DNA of 63,999 bases, counting the filler, from Albugo candida (taxonomy: Eukaryota), in the NCBI GenBank assembly GCA_040437565.1. It is 37 parts of 37 records of this genome, joined end to end, with 100 filler letters (N's around TTAATTAATTAA, not from the genome) between each part and the next. Parts side by side here need not be neighbours in the genome. Positions count along the whole stretch, not along the records: positions 49,021 to 50,618 come from JBDOQK010000463.1; positions 50,719 to 52,315 come from JBDOQK010000464.1; positions 52,416 to 54,007 come from JBDOQK010000465.1; positions 54,108 to 55,690 come from JBDOQK010000466.1; positions 55,791 to 57,371 come from JBDOQK010000467.1; positions 57,472 to 59,050 come from JBDOQK010000468.1; positions 59,151 to 60,710 come from JBDOQK010000469.1; 30 more parts are not named here. One strand, 5' to 3'. Position numbers and translations under genes: made by a program. The notes under the pieces are model-generated. The model worked only from the letters and a program-made list of their open reading frames with translations. It searched no databases and had not been told where the DNA came from. Shown here one piece after another: positions 48,921 to 60,810 of the stretch (position 1 is the first letter of the stretch; each line of letters opens with the position of its first letter).

Positions 48921-50718
48921 NNNNNNNNNNNNNNNNNNNNNNNNNNNNNNNNNNNNNNNNNNNNTTAATTAATTAANNNNNNNNNNNNNNNNNNNNNNNN
49001 NNNNNNNNNNNNNNNNNNNNCCTTGATCTTTTCTAAATAAGTTTGCAGTAGTGCTTCGCATAAGACCTCTTTTTGATTACATCTTGTTCACGTCACATGT
49101 GAGCGCAATCTCTCTTCTGGTTTTATACTACACGAATTTTGTACTCGGTTTCGTACTAAATAGATGAAATATGAACTCGGATTCTGGATCTTCTATCCCA
49201 AATAAATCCACGCCAGCTTGTTTTGCAAGCCATTGGATACTGTAGATCATTCAGAAGAGTCGAGACCACCCAAACGTTTTGATCACACTCCTTTTTATAC
49301 TCTCACGAAACTGTATTCGAATTTTCTCAACATTGCTCTTGCCTTTTCTTCGTAATTTTACACTCTCTTCGGTTTGCCTTCCTTGTTCTATGCTTTCTGC
49401 GACTCTCCCTACCTCTTCTATATTATTCATGCTGTATATATGCCCCTATAAAAAGATCTACAACTGTCTTCAACCACGCCAACAGTTTTGACACAGATTC
49501 AAGGCTCATTATCACCAATTTTTCACTAGAATTTTGTAGACAGCTTCTTGCTGCTGAGAAAACCTTCTCATTCTCATCTGAAAATACTTTTTTTGAATGT
49601 CTTTAAGCTCTTCCACACACTCTCAAATCTCTGTTCAAAGTGATGAAGAAAGTCTGATAAGAACAGAAGAGTCAGATAGGATCAGATCAATAATAGCGCG
49701 GAAAGGTGGGATAAGAAATAGTTTACTAATAGTATAGAGTAGCGATATTAAGAAAGTGGTTCAGGCTAAGACTTTCGTTTTGAGAGCCAACGACCTACAA
49801 ATGTAGACAACCTCCCAATTCGACAACAATACAAAGACCATCGGAGCTAATATACACCGACAAAAATATTTGGCAGGCAACCCAATCGCTACTATACAAA
49901 GAGGCATAGAGGAATTATATTCTTTAAACTTGTATATGATAGTTTACAAAGATTAAAGATTGGGTAATGTTTGATATATTACCTGAAGATCTGGTGGTAA
50001 AAAGCTTAGTGCAGCTTAAAGTGATTCCAGAAGGTACATATACAATCACATGTGATTTGTTTTTTGCACGAGCAACCGATATTTGTTGTCTTAACCTATA
50101 TCACTATTTAAGCTCTCTTCGTACACCATCGAAACTCTACCACAAAAGTGTTATGTAATCCTTGAGGTCTTCGTTCTTTTCGGACCTATGACATATCTCT
50201 TGATCCAAAACGTTTTCGATTCCTTACCGAAAATTTTCAATGACTCGATATTCCATCAGAACACTACGTGGAATCCTCACTACTCACTAAGAAGACTTTC
50301 ACAATCTTAATTTTTTTAAAAATGTTAGTCTCCCTTCAAACGAGTTTTGGAATCTTTCTCAACTTTTCTTTACAAAGCCCAAAGCCAGTTTTCCTCATTG
50401 CAGAACAAACAGTCCTATTTCTAACCTTTTGATTTCCCTTTAACATTCCACGAAAAGATTCAGAATTCTGATTATAAGTGAATGAAATGTTTCTTATACA
50501 ATTGAAACTTCTTTCTCACTCATTGTTTTGGATTTCCTTCAATTTTTTTCAAACTGCTCTGAAGTTCACTTCAAACGCATTTTGGAAAAATATCCATTCA
50601 ATTTTTGAGATTCGTAAANNNNNNNNNNNNNNNNNNNNNNNNNNNNNNNNNNNNNNNNNNNNTTAATTAATTAANNNNNNNNNNNNNNNNNNNNNNNNNN
50701 NNNNNNNNNNNNNNNNNN

Positions 50719-50861
50719 ATTCAGTCAAATAATGCTTCTTTAGCTACAGAATATCAAGAATTTGCTGATTATTTATTACAAGTTGGTGATGGTCGAGTCC
50801 CTGTGGTTGATAACAATAATGCAATTGTCACCATGAAAATAATTATGCGTTATAATTTCTA
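50719..50861 (+). pseudogene. Truncated Pif1-type (Helitron) helicase fragment
   Basis: EFADYLLQVGDGR motif followed shortly by a stop. Confidence 0.6.
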
Positions 50862-51325
50862 AAATACAGCGTACGAGGGCAAATAAAGCATATGTATATG
50901 GTATACGGCAATATAAGGTGTACAAAAACGAACATATGCTTAATTTGCCACAATTTGCATGCATAAATGCTGAATTTGTCTAAATATGCTCTACTGAACA
51001 TATTGGGAATAAAAACACTTTTTACATGATTTGCTGCATATGCTTGTTTTAGGTGTTGTACACACGTTTATATGCTGTATGTATTCAATTTCGTTTAACC
51101 CCCATTATCTATATGCTCTATGTGTTTTTGTACGTCAATTTACGTGCAAAACTTAGCTTTAACATAACTTTAATTCAAAATTAGACTTAGCAACTATACA
51201 GAATAATTTCTTTATTAGGATTAAAGGTATAACAACAGCCTACTATAATATCCCTTCCATATATCTTGCTTTTTCGTCCTTTCTATCTCAACATATTATT
51301 TTAATATATCCACACAATTTTAAAC

Positions 51326-51775
51326 ATGAACCGTAATATGGAAGCTTTTTTTGATGAAGAAGATTACGTTACTGACAATGATGATAACTGTTTTACACTT
51401 TTTGATGAAGAATTTTCTGTTCCTGGTCATACTTATAGTGATAAAGAAGTTGAGTCTGAACAAATAAAAGATTTTGATGTTGCTAGTAGTTTTGTACCAA
51501 GATCATTTGAAATTTTCGTTGATAAAGTAAAAGAGCCTCTTGAAGGTTATGCTGATAGAGTATTCGAAGAAAGTATGGAAGAAGATACAGAAGAACAACT
51601 TTATTATGACTATGAAGACGAAAAATATGAATATGAAGTCATGAATGAGGAAGTCGAATATTATGCTAATAAGACTTACGAAAATTATATGGACCAGTGT
51701 GGTGATGTCAGCTGTATGATTCCTCCAGAAGAAATGGATGGCGTTACTGAATACACTTATCTCCTGGATTTTTAA
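51326..51775 (+). CDS. Small, highly acidic hypothetical protein (149 aa)
   Basis: Intact ORF with upstream TATA-like sequence and pyrimidine tract; about 30% D/E, Tyr/Phe-rich. Confidence 0.6.
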   Translation: MNRNMEAFFDEEDYVTDNDDNCFTLFDEEFSVPGHTYSDKEVESEQIKDFDVASSFVPRSFEIFVDKVKEPLEGYADRVFEESMEEDTEEQLYYDYEDEKYEYEVMNEEVEYYANKTYENYMDQCGDVSCMIPPEEMDGVTEYTYLLDF

Positions 51776-52415
51776 ATAATAGTAGTTCTCTATCTTTTTT
51801 TTTTCTTGAATAAAATCCATGTTCCCTCTTCCGTGATGAAATAATATGTGTTGCTTCTTCTACATTTAGAAATGCGTTTCTTTAAAATCAGTAAAAAAAA
51901 AAGTTAAAGATCGCCATGTGAGTTGAAATCACTTTACTGTATATATATAAGTTGTCGTTATAAGCTTGTTGTATCGAGTGCTAAGAAATAAACATGTAGT
52001 TGTACGTCAATTATTATGTAGAGAGAAAATAAGAAAAAGTCAAAGAATTTTATTACATTTAAAAATTTCATGGGTGGCGGAGCATAAATATAACGGGTAG
52101 TATTAGTAGTATTTTTTTTCATGTTTTTTTATCACTTCTTTCTTTTTCTTTTCTTTTTAATATTATTCATTAACAGAGATGAGTTAACGAACCAGCTGTT
52201 GTTTTCATATTTGCGTTAAATGCTGTAGATGGCGAAATGACATAGAATGATGACGACAATGAATATTGTGGATTACGATTGCCAATACCAGTTTTGCAAT
52301 CAATAACTCTCAACANNNNNNNNNNNNNNNNNNNNNNNNNNNNNNNNNNNNNNNNNNNNTTAATTAATTAANNNNNNNNNNNNNNNNNNNNNNNNNNNNN
52401 NNNNNNNNNNNNNNN

Positions 52416-54007
52416 TGATGAATCTGATGAACATTTCGAACATGACAATCGTAATGCATCTAGACCCTCTCATAATAATAACTATTCTCGTAATAATAAT
52501 AACTCCAACGCTAGTTATGGTAATAGTGCTAAGCGTCCCTATAATAATGGTCCCCATAATAATTATAATAATGCTAATAATAATTATAACAACGCTAATA
52601 AGAATGATCGTAATCCTTCTCGTAATTCTTATAATCGTAACGATTATGGTCCCCGTCGTAACAGTTATCAATATTCAAACGAAGACGTACGCTCATCTGG
52701 AAACTACAATAATAATAATGGTTACCCAAGAAATAACGGTTATTCAAATAATTATAATAATCATGCTGAATCATCATCTTCTCATCCTAATGGAAGTAGC
52801 TACCCTACCGGTTCCTCTTATGGTAACAGTAATCACCCAAATAATAATAGTTACTCAAATAATTATCAATACCGCAATAATGGGTATAATAATAATAATC
52901 AAGATAATCAATCCGGTCCTAGCCATAATAACAATGGTCCTTCTACCAATGAAAATCAGTCAAAAAACTAAAAGAGACAATTGTTACTAATAACAACAGT
53001 ACTGGTCAATTGTCTTCTTCAAACTATCAAAAATCCAGTTTTAATAATAATCAAAACCAACCTAAAAACAATGAAAATATCCACACTAAACTACAAAAAA
53101 ATGAACATGCTATGAACCATATGGGAATGAATTCGTATGATCAATATGAAAATACATCAGAAGACTATGATCTCTATGCTGCTACTAGAACTGTAAAGCC
53201 TCCAGTGGTTGCAACTACTATTGATCCCTATGCTACTACATTAAAAGCAAAGAAAACAAATGCTATTAATAAAACAACTCCAGTTGCTAGTAAAGCTAAA
53301 GAAATTCCTAACACGGTACAATTTGTGCAAGAGGCTATTAAAAATGCTCATCAAGAAAATAGTGCTGTAAATATTCCAATAAATCAGTTCACTACACCTG
53401 CCCAATTTTCTGTACCTATACAAAATAATACTCCTATGACTACGATTACTTATGTACCTCCTCCCCAAACTACTATAAATAGCTTTGAAGGTGCTGAACC
53501 CATTATAGTTACTAAGAAGCGTACAAGGTCCAGGAGTTTGCCTCCAAAAATATCATATGATATTTGTAAGGATGTTCTTAATAGTACGGCTAATATTAAT
53601 ATTGGTGATCTTGTTACAGTTGCCCCTACATTAAAAAGACAACTTATTAAAAAATGCCAACGACTAGGAAAACGTACTATGACAAGTCAATCTGAAAAAA
53701 AAAATAACGATAGTATGGATTTAGCATATGCAGAAGATGGTGGTATTGATACTACTGCTCTTAATGCTATAGTCTTTATAAATAGTCGTCCTGTCTCCAC
53801 TATCATTGATACGGGTTGTGCGAAAACATGTATATCTAAGCAGTTAGCGGAAAGACTAGGTCTTTCTATTGATGAAAACTCGAGTTCGGTCTTTACGTTA
53901 GGTAATGGTACCAAGCAACCTGCTTTGGGTATTATTTATGATGTACCACTTACTCTTGGAGAAGTTACTGTTCCCTGTTCGGTTGAAGTTTTACCCTACT
54001 GTCCCTC
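52416..54007 (+). mobile_element. Ty3/gypsy gag end (52417-52971, Asn-rich) and protease in the -1 frame
   Basis: Open N/Y/S/G-rich frame ending TCA AAA AAC TAA; the -1 frame leads to IIDTGCAKTCIS. Confidence 0.9.
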
Positions 54008-54147
54008 NNNNNNNNNNNNNNNNNNNNNNNNNNNNNNNNNNNNNNNNNNNNTTAATTAATTAANNNNNNNNNNNNNNNNNNNNNNNNNNNNNNNNNNNNN
54101 NNNNNNNCCTGATGACATTGATGCAATCATTGTAATGTGATGTTATA

Positions 54148-54290
54148 TTAGGGGGTCCCAAACATTAAATATTTTTTATTCGAAATTTTAAAAATCCGAT
54201 TCGATAATTTTTTTCACTGCTTAACTTTTGTGTTACTTCGATAATTTTCGAAGTTGAAAAAACCAGTTCGAAAATTATCGAAGTAATACA
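54148..54290 (+). mobile_element. Probable PIF/Harbinger terminus
   Basis: TTA (54148-54150) then GGGGGTCCCAAAC; subterminal TTCGATAATTT repeats including a perfect 20-bp inverted repeat at 54233-54252/54267-54286. Confidence 0.65.
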
Positions 54291-54523
54291 ATTCTACTAA
54301 TAAAGAAATTTATTCGATAATTTAAAATACCGTTGTTGTGTAATAAAGAGGTGATCATATACGAATAAAAGCTTTGAAAAGTGACGATCATCTAAGATCT
54401 ATATAGATGATCTGTGTACGCGCTTTAAATAATAATAGTTTTAGAGTTGTATAAATGGCTTACCTTTGGCAATAAATTACCTGTCTTTCTCTTCATAACT
54501 ACGTTTATAAATTTTTTAAAAAA

Positions 54524-55470
54524 ATGACTAACAACGACAACAACAGCAGCAGCAGCTCATCGTCTTCTCAACAAGCTCGTGGACCTAACACTACTCCTGG
54601 TCAGATGAAAGCATTCGTAAATTTCTTTGAGCGCCACAACAATTATTTTCTTGCCTTCGCTGGTATAAGCAATAACAATGCTCCTCTTTCTGGAAGTATA
54701 ATAAGAAAAGGAGAAGTGTATGATTTCATGCATCAACAATTACAAAAGGACAAGTCAATCCCTCCCGAATGGACAAAGGAAATTTTGGATCTTCGTGTTA
54801 ATCGTCACTATACCAAGTACAAGGAAGTGAATAGAATGGCCGGTAACACTGGTTTTGGCGTGACCGACGACGACCGCAAAAAAGGCATAATGACTGTGGA
54901 AGATAAGCTCGAAGATTTGTGTCCTGGATACGAAAAATACTTCAACTTGCTTGGTGGTAGAAACAGACAAAACACCAACCCCCATCGTGTTTCTATGCAC
55001 GGTGCACCTGGTGGATCTCATTTCACCTATTCGAGCACCACCGCACCTATCGAAGCTCAACGTGATGCCGTTTTTCGTGAACAAGAAGCAGCTGAGCGAG
55101 AACTTCGTGATATGCTTGGTCGTAGAGATACTCCTTCCTCCCATCCTTCTTCCAATCCCCCTTCCAATCCCCCTTCCAATCCCTCTTCCATCCCTATCAT
55201 TGATTCCTCTGCTGATGATATCTTTACCTCGCCCCCATCCCCATCAGCATTCCTATACAACCTTGGCTCTTCTCGTCGTACTTCTCTTTTTTCAAACACT
55301 GGAGGTGCATCCTTAAACACCGAGGGTTTATCCTCAAACGTCTCTGGTGGTACTGGTGGTGGTACTTTCAATCTTCCTCCTCGTAGAACTGCTGATGTAC
55401 CATCAGCTGGTCGTGGTCGTGGTGCTAATACTTCTGGTCCTTCTCTTCGTAGAACTGATGAACCATCAGC

Positions 55471-55504
<34 letters not shown>

Positions 55505-55690
55505 GGTAACCTTCCTAGAAATGATGCACCATCAGTTAGTCGTTCTCGTGTAGATCCTGACGCAGCCTCTAGAAACAAAAGGATGAAGAAGGATTTTTCC
55601 TCTGAGTACCGTGAAGCTCAACTCAAAAAAAACGAGATATTGAATCGTAACAGCGAAAGAGAATATCGATTGGGGATGATGAACATCTTG
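54524..55690 (+). mobile_element. Myb-like PIF/Harbinger ORF2 (partial)
   Basis: NNY..F.G, WTKE..R..YTKYKE..TGFGVTDDD..KLEDLCPGY; GR repeats; lies downstream of the putative terminus. Confidence 0.7.
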
Positions 55691-55989
55691 NNNNNNNNNN
55701 NNNNNNNNNNNNNNNNNNNNNNNNNNNNNNNNNNTTAATTAATTAANNNNNNNNNNNNNNNNNNNNNNNNNNNNNNNNNNNNNNNNNNNNATTTTGTTTT
55801 TAAAGACAATTAATTAGTTAGATGTGTAACTCTGAAAGACAAATGGGTCACAAGTGGTGGTAACAAAGCATAAAGTATTGGTGATACCTAATAATGGACC
55901 AAAGAAAAAAATAGATATAAAAAGAGCAAACTAATTCACACTTTTCTTATTATAATTATCAACAGTTCTATTCTTTTTAATATTACACT

Positions 55990-56700
55990 ATGCAATTGAT
56001 TCAACTTGCCATTCTTTCTCTTTTCGGTTTAGCTGCCGCCGCTCCTTCCTCCGTTGAAAAGCGTGGTGTAAACACTTCTGTCAAGATTTTCAATAATTGT
56101 CAATTCACTATTAAACTTGGTCAATTATCTAGCAATCAACCGCCTGTCCCCACTGTTACCCTTGCTGCTGGTGGTAGCAAATCTTACCAGTACACAGGTA
56201 CTTGGTCAGGTAGATTCTGGGCTAGAAAAAATTGTGATGGCGTTGATTGTCCACTTGCCGGTGCTGCTTCTCCTGCTTCATTAGCTGAATTTACCTTTAA
56301 TGGTGATGCTGGAAAAGATTTTTATGATCTTTCTTTTGTAGATGGTTATAATTTGCCTGTTTCTATTACTCCTGTAAACCCTAACAATGTTGGTTCTGGA
56401 GACAAGTATTGGTGTGGTACACCTACTTGTTCTACTACGCCTGTCTGTCCTCCAGAGTTACAAATCCAGGTCAATGGTGGAGATGATGCTTGTTTATCTG
56501 CTTGCTCTAAATTCGGAAACCCTGAATATTGTTGTTCCGGTGCTTTCAATACTCCTGATAAATGTCCCATCAACAAGTATGCTGCAGTTGTTAAGAAAGC
56601 TTGCCCTGATGCCTATAGTTATGCTTATGACGATAGATCTAGTACTTTTACATGCATTGCTCCTGCTTATACCATTACCTGGTGTCCTAACAAGAATTAA
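55990..56700 (+). CDS. Secreted thaumatin-like protein (PR-5 family)
   Basis: Signal peptide, EKR processing site, WSGRFWAR, SLAEFTF, DFYDLSFVDGYNLP, ACPDAYSYAYDD, YTITWCP; TATAAAA about 70 nt upstream. Confidence 0.97.
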   Translation: MQLIQLAILSLFGLAAAAPSSVEKRGVNTSVKIFNNCQFTIKLGQLSSNQPPVPTVTLAAGGSKSYQYTGTWSGRFWARKNCDGVDCPLAGAASPASLAEFTFNGDAGKDFYDLSFVDGYNLPVSITPVNPNNVGSGDKYWCGTPTCSTTPVCPPELQIQVNGGDDACLSACSKFGNPEYCCSGAFNTPDKCPINKYAAVVKKACPDAYSYAYDDRSSTFTCIAPAYTITWCPNKN

Positions 56701-57471
56701 TTCTTTTCGTTTAGAAAAGATTCGTTATCAATCATTTTTGTAATAAAGCACAATTTGTATTACAAATAAAATACTGAAATAGTAACTCCACAAAAGAGAA
56801 ATCTGAAAACATTTCATATATTTGTTCTTTTCATTTCTTTTCCATGTAATTTCTGCTCCACCAAAAAGTAATCTAAGATCTTTATCATTTATATAAATAC
56901 CTGTTTCTTTCTCTTTCTTTTTTATAGAATCAAATAGACTCAAAAAATAATAAGATGAAGCTTATTTATACACCTGCTAGTCATGACACCTGTTAATATT
57001 CTTCTGTAGAGTGATATCATAGAATATAATATATTGGTGTGTTCTTTATCATACCAATTACACTTTGTATGACTTAATAAAACCATAAAGCTAAATTTCA
57101 AACCGTTAAATAAATGACAGTGAAAAGACTTTTTAAAAAGAACGGTGGACCTGGTAAATACAACATGTCGTTAGCAGCTATATAAGATGCAGTTGAACGG
57201 GCTATTTTATAAGATATAATCGACAGGGAAATGATTCGAATATGGAAAGGCGTACAACATACGATACATTAGAAAGAGGATTGCTAGCAATCTCCTTTAA
57301 ATTTTACCTACTCTTCTTAAGCATAAATTACACAAAAAAGTAAATTATCGTGGCATGTCCTTTTAATTCTTNNNNNNNNNNNNNNNNNNNNNNNNNNNNN
57401 NNNNNNNNNNNNNNNTTAATTAATTAANNNNNNNNNNNNNNNNNNNNNNNNNNNNNNNNNNNNNNNNNNNN

Positions 57472-59050
57472 CGTCGTGAACATGTGGAACATTTCATTGC
57501 CACGTTGGACGATCGCGATCTGGCCAAGCAGCTGACCTTACTACGATTGACCGATGTCAACGAGTTGGATGAGACGTTGCGTGCATGCCAAAGGATGGAG
57601 AGTCGTCAGTCGAAGACGACGACAGGATCGAACAAGTTCCACCAGCGAGCGAATGCCTATCCAAATCCTACGTCATCCAAGACTGCTCGGGCGGTGAGGA
57701 CGATCCGTGAGCGGATCGAAAGTAGCGGATCGGAACCGGACTTGAGTGGATCAGATGAAGACAAGGATCACCGCCGAGTTTGTGTGACCACTACATCTGG
57801 TCAGGAGAGATCGGATCAAGATCGGCGTACCTGGCAGAAGAATGCTGGTGAAGAGGATGGACGTGATCGAGGGGGAAAAACGAAGGCATGCACCCACTGC
57901 GGATCGACGCGACATGATGATCGTGGATGCTGGCAGAGACTAACGTGTCAGAAGTGCGGTCGCAAAGGACATCCATCGGACAAGTGCTTCTACGTGTGTG
58001 CAGCCTGCGGAGAGGTACATGAGAATGGCAAATGCCCCATGGAAGAGTTCTTTAACTTGATCCGTCAGTGGTATGTGCCTACTAAGCATGCGGGTATGTT
58101 TCCTCCGAAGGTCGAAGAAATGTTAAACTAGGACGCTCGCCAGGTTGGAATCTGGCACGAGCCGAGCGTTCTGGGCTATGCATATACGCATTTGTTGAAA
58201 AGAAGTCGGATGGCCAAGGAGTTAAGGATCGGCGCGATCCGATCTTTAATACACGTAATTGTTCAGAACGAACTTCTTCGATATCGAGTGTGAAGCGAGT
58301 GGACAATTATGCCCGATCCCCGGTGGAGATGGAGCTCGATCTTACCCCTGGTGAGTCGAGGGGATACTGGAAGTATCATACTCCGGGAAAATGGTTTAAA
58401 CAGGCGAAAGCAGTGGGCAAGATCAACAATGAGAAGGCCACTTTTCTGTTTGACTCTGGTGCAGAAGTCTCGATCATCGACACCACCTTTGCTCGTAAGG
58501 TAGGGTGTGTGATAGACGAGAACCAAACACAAGAATGTGTTGGGATCGGAGAGAGTGCCTACATGACGGTAGGACGGACCAAGATCAAGATCACACTGAA
58601 TGGATCATTGGTGTATTATTTTGATGTCTGGGTTGGGGATCAAGTCGGTCAAGAAGCTATACTAGGCATGGACTTCATGGTTCCTGCAGGTATCCGTTTG
58701 GATTTGGCCGACGGGACCCTTTGCCTGCCCGATGAAGTCCGAATCTGTCTGGCTGGACGAAGACCACCGTACCGATCGAATATATCGGCGGTCAACCTTA
58801 ACGATCAACATGTAGCCATTGCGGCAGGCAGATCAGCGGAAGTAAGGATCGGTGTCAACCCTCCTAAATCGAAGCTTTGGGTGCGACGAGATGTAGCGTG
58901 GATTCCTACCGTGACGAACGGTCCCGGAAGGATTAAGTTCCTGCAGCTTACAAATATAAGCGATCGCGACCTGATCTTAAACAGCGGAGCCCCTTTGGCG
59001 CTGTGGATGACAGAAGGCATGGTCCCGCGATCTAAAGGATATGTATCTGT
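57472..59050 (+). mobile_element. Oomycete Ty3/gypsy gag end (stop 58131) and protease in the -1 frame
   Basis: Three Cys/His knuckles (CTHCGSTRH, CQKCGRKGHPSDKC, CAACGEVH), FDSGAEVSII, ILGMDFM. Confidence 0.93.
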
Positions 59051-59150
59051 NNNNNNNNNNNNNNNNNNNNNNNNNNNNNNNNNNNNNNNNNNNNTTAATT
59101 AATTAANNNNNNNNNNNNNNNNNNNNNNNNNNNNNNNNNNNNNNNNNNNN

Positions 59151-59512
59151 ATGATGACCCAACTATAATAGTCGCGTCGGAGGATAGTAGTGGTTGTCTC
59201 AATGTGCGCGATCAACTTTATGAACTACAGACAGAACTTCTTATGAAAAGGGTCGAGCTCTCCGGGATGGCACCAAAAACTTTGAAAAGCTCTCTACGAG
59301 TACCAGAAATTATTGATCACAACAAAACTTTGCAGCGATCAATCATGATTAAGAAGTGTCAATCTTTAACCGAAGCAAATAAAAAGTTAAAACATATAAC
59401 CGATATATATTCTGAAGATTTGGAATCATGTAAATGTCCTGCTAAGAAAAAAAGAATGCTTAATAGACTCTGTAGAGATGCTGGATATATGTATGATAAA
59501 CAAAATGTTTAA
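59151..59512 (+). CDS. Hypothetical coiled-coil protein with CxC motif (5'-truncated)
   Basis: Open from the contig edge; aligns by eye with the C-terminal half of the 59681 ORF. Confidence 0.55.
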
Positions 59513-59680
59513 ATAAATTTATAGCAAGTAATTTACAAGCTGTCAATATTGTGTATTTTTTTTGTCCAAAAATAGATTTTTTGTATCCCAGTGTTTTGTT
59601 TATTTTTTAAAAAAAAATAGTTTCAATATTACTTCTTCTTTATTATTATTCTCTAAAAAATTAAACTTATTTATTCGAGC

Positions 59681-60220
59681 ATGAATACCATCATTACTTT
59701 TGATTATTTAAAGCGATCACTGTATTACTTATTTGATGTTAGCGACTCAGACGCAAATGATGAGGAGAGAAACCTCAGTTTGTATATTGAGGTCAAGCAA
59801 GAGCTCAAGCAGTTGCAAGACATATTCGATTCGAAATACAAATACCTCAAGCATTATATTGAAGACGTAGATATCAAAGATGAAACCTTTGTAGAAAAAA
59901 GTACTTACGATAAGGAGACTATAAAGTCTGCTTACAACCTCAAGTGCGTAGAGTTAGCAATTTTTGCTATGCAGTTGAAGCTCCATAATCTGAAGCTTAA
60001 GTGTAGTAAACCAAGTTTGTTTTTAGCAAGTGACACTAAAATAATTGACGGTTATGACGAGAGACGTAGACTGTCTGATATAGAAATCGAATCACATCAA
60101 TTGTCTGTAGAGAACAAAAGACTGCAAAAAATATTAGATGAAGCTAGAAGAGACACCCATGATTGTACGTGCGATGCCGCAAGGGAATCTAGATTAAACA
60201 AACGAGTGAACAAAAAATAG
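59681..60220 (+). CDS. Hypothetical coiled-coil protein with CxC motif (179 aa)
   Basis: Intact intronless ORF; similar to the upstream ORF. Confidence 0.6.
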   Translation: MNTIITFDYLKRSLYYLFDVSDSDANDEERNLSLYIEVKQELKQLQDIFDSKYKYLKHYIEDVDIKDETFVEKSTYDKETIKSAYNLKCVELAIFAMQLKLHNLKLKCSKPSLFLASDTKIIDGYDERRRLSDIEIESHQLSVENKRLQKILDEARRDTHDCTCDAARESRLNKRVNKK

Positions 60221-60569
60221 TATCATACTAATAAATACTTCCACCTCTTTTACCGTACAATAAAAGTAAAGAAAAAATGCTTATTTTGATTGATTACCTA
60301 TTTTTTACGTACTTTAAACTGCTCACAATCTCAGATCTTTTATGTGTGTTATGAAACCTTATATTCTATTGGTATATCATTATCCCATTCCATTGTTTTA
60401 TTTTTCGAATGACACTATTCGTAACTGTAACAATCAAACTCAAAATGTCTCACTTTTGCGGGAAAACGTAGCAATCAGCTAATACATCTTTTCGATGACA
60501 TGCAAGCGAAATCCAATTAAATAGTCATTTCTTCATCAAACAACGTTGAGATCACCCGAGTGGATACTC

Positions 60570-60602
<33 letters not shown>

Positions 60603-60810
60603 TCGGATTAAGATCTTTGTTTGATCCCAGCATGCATATGCTTCCTGTCAAAGCCACACGTTCACTAATAAAATGTTGTGAGTTTCTGATTTATCTGCTG
60701 TTTACCATTGNNNNNNNNNNNNNNNNNNNNNNNNNNNNNNNNNNNNNNNNNNNNTTAATTAATTAANNNNNNNNNNNNNNNNNNNNNNNNNNNNNNNNNN
60801 NNNNNNNNNN

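Noticed and set aside
52418-52990. 190-aa Ile-rich ORF as a membrane protein
   Set aside because: It is the off-frame reading of the AAT-rich gag frame starting at 52417.
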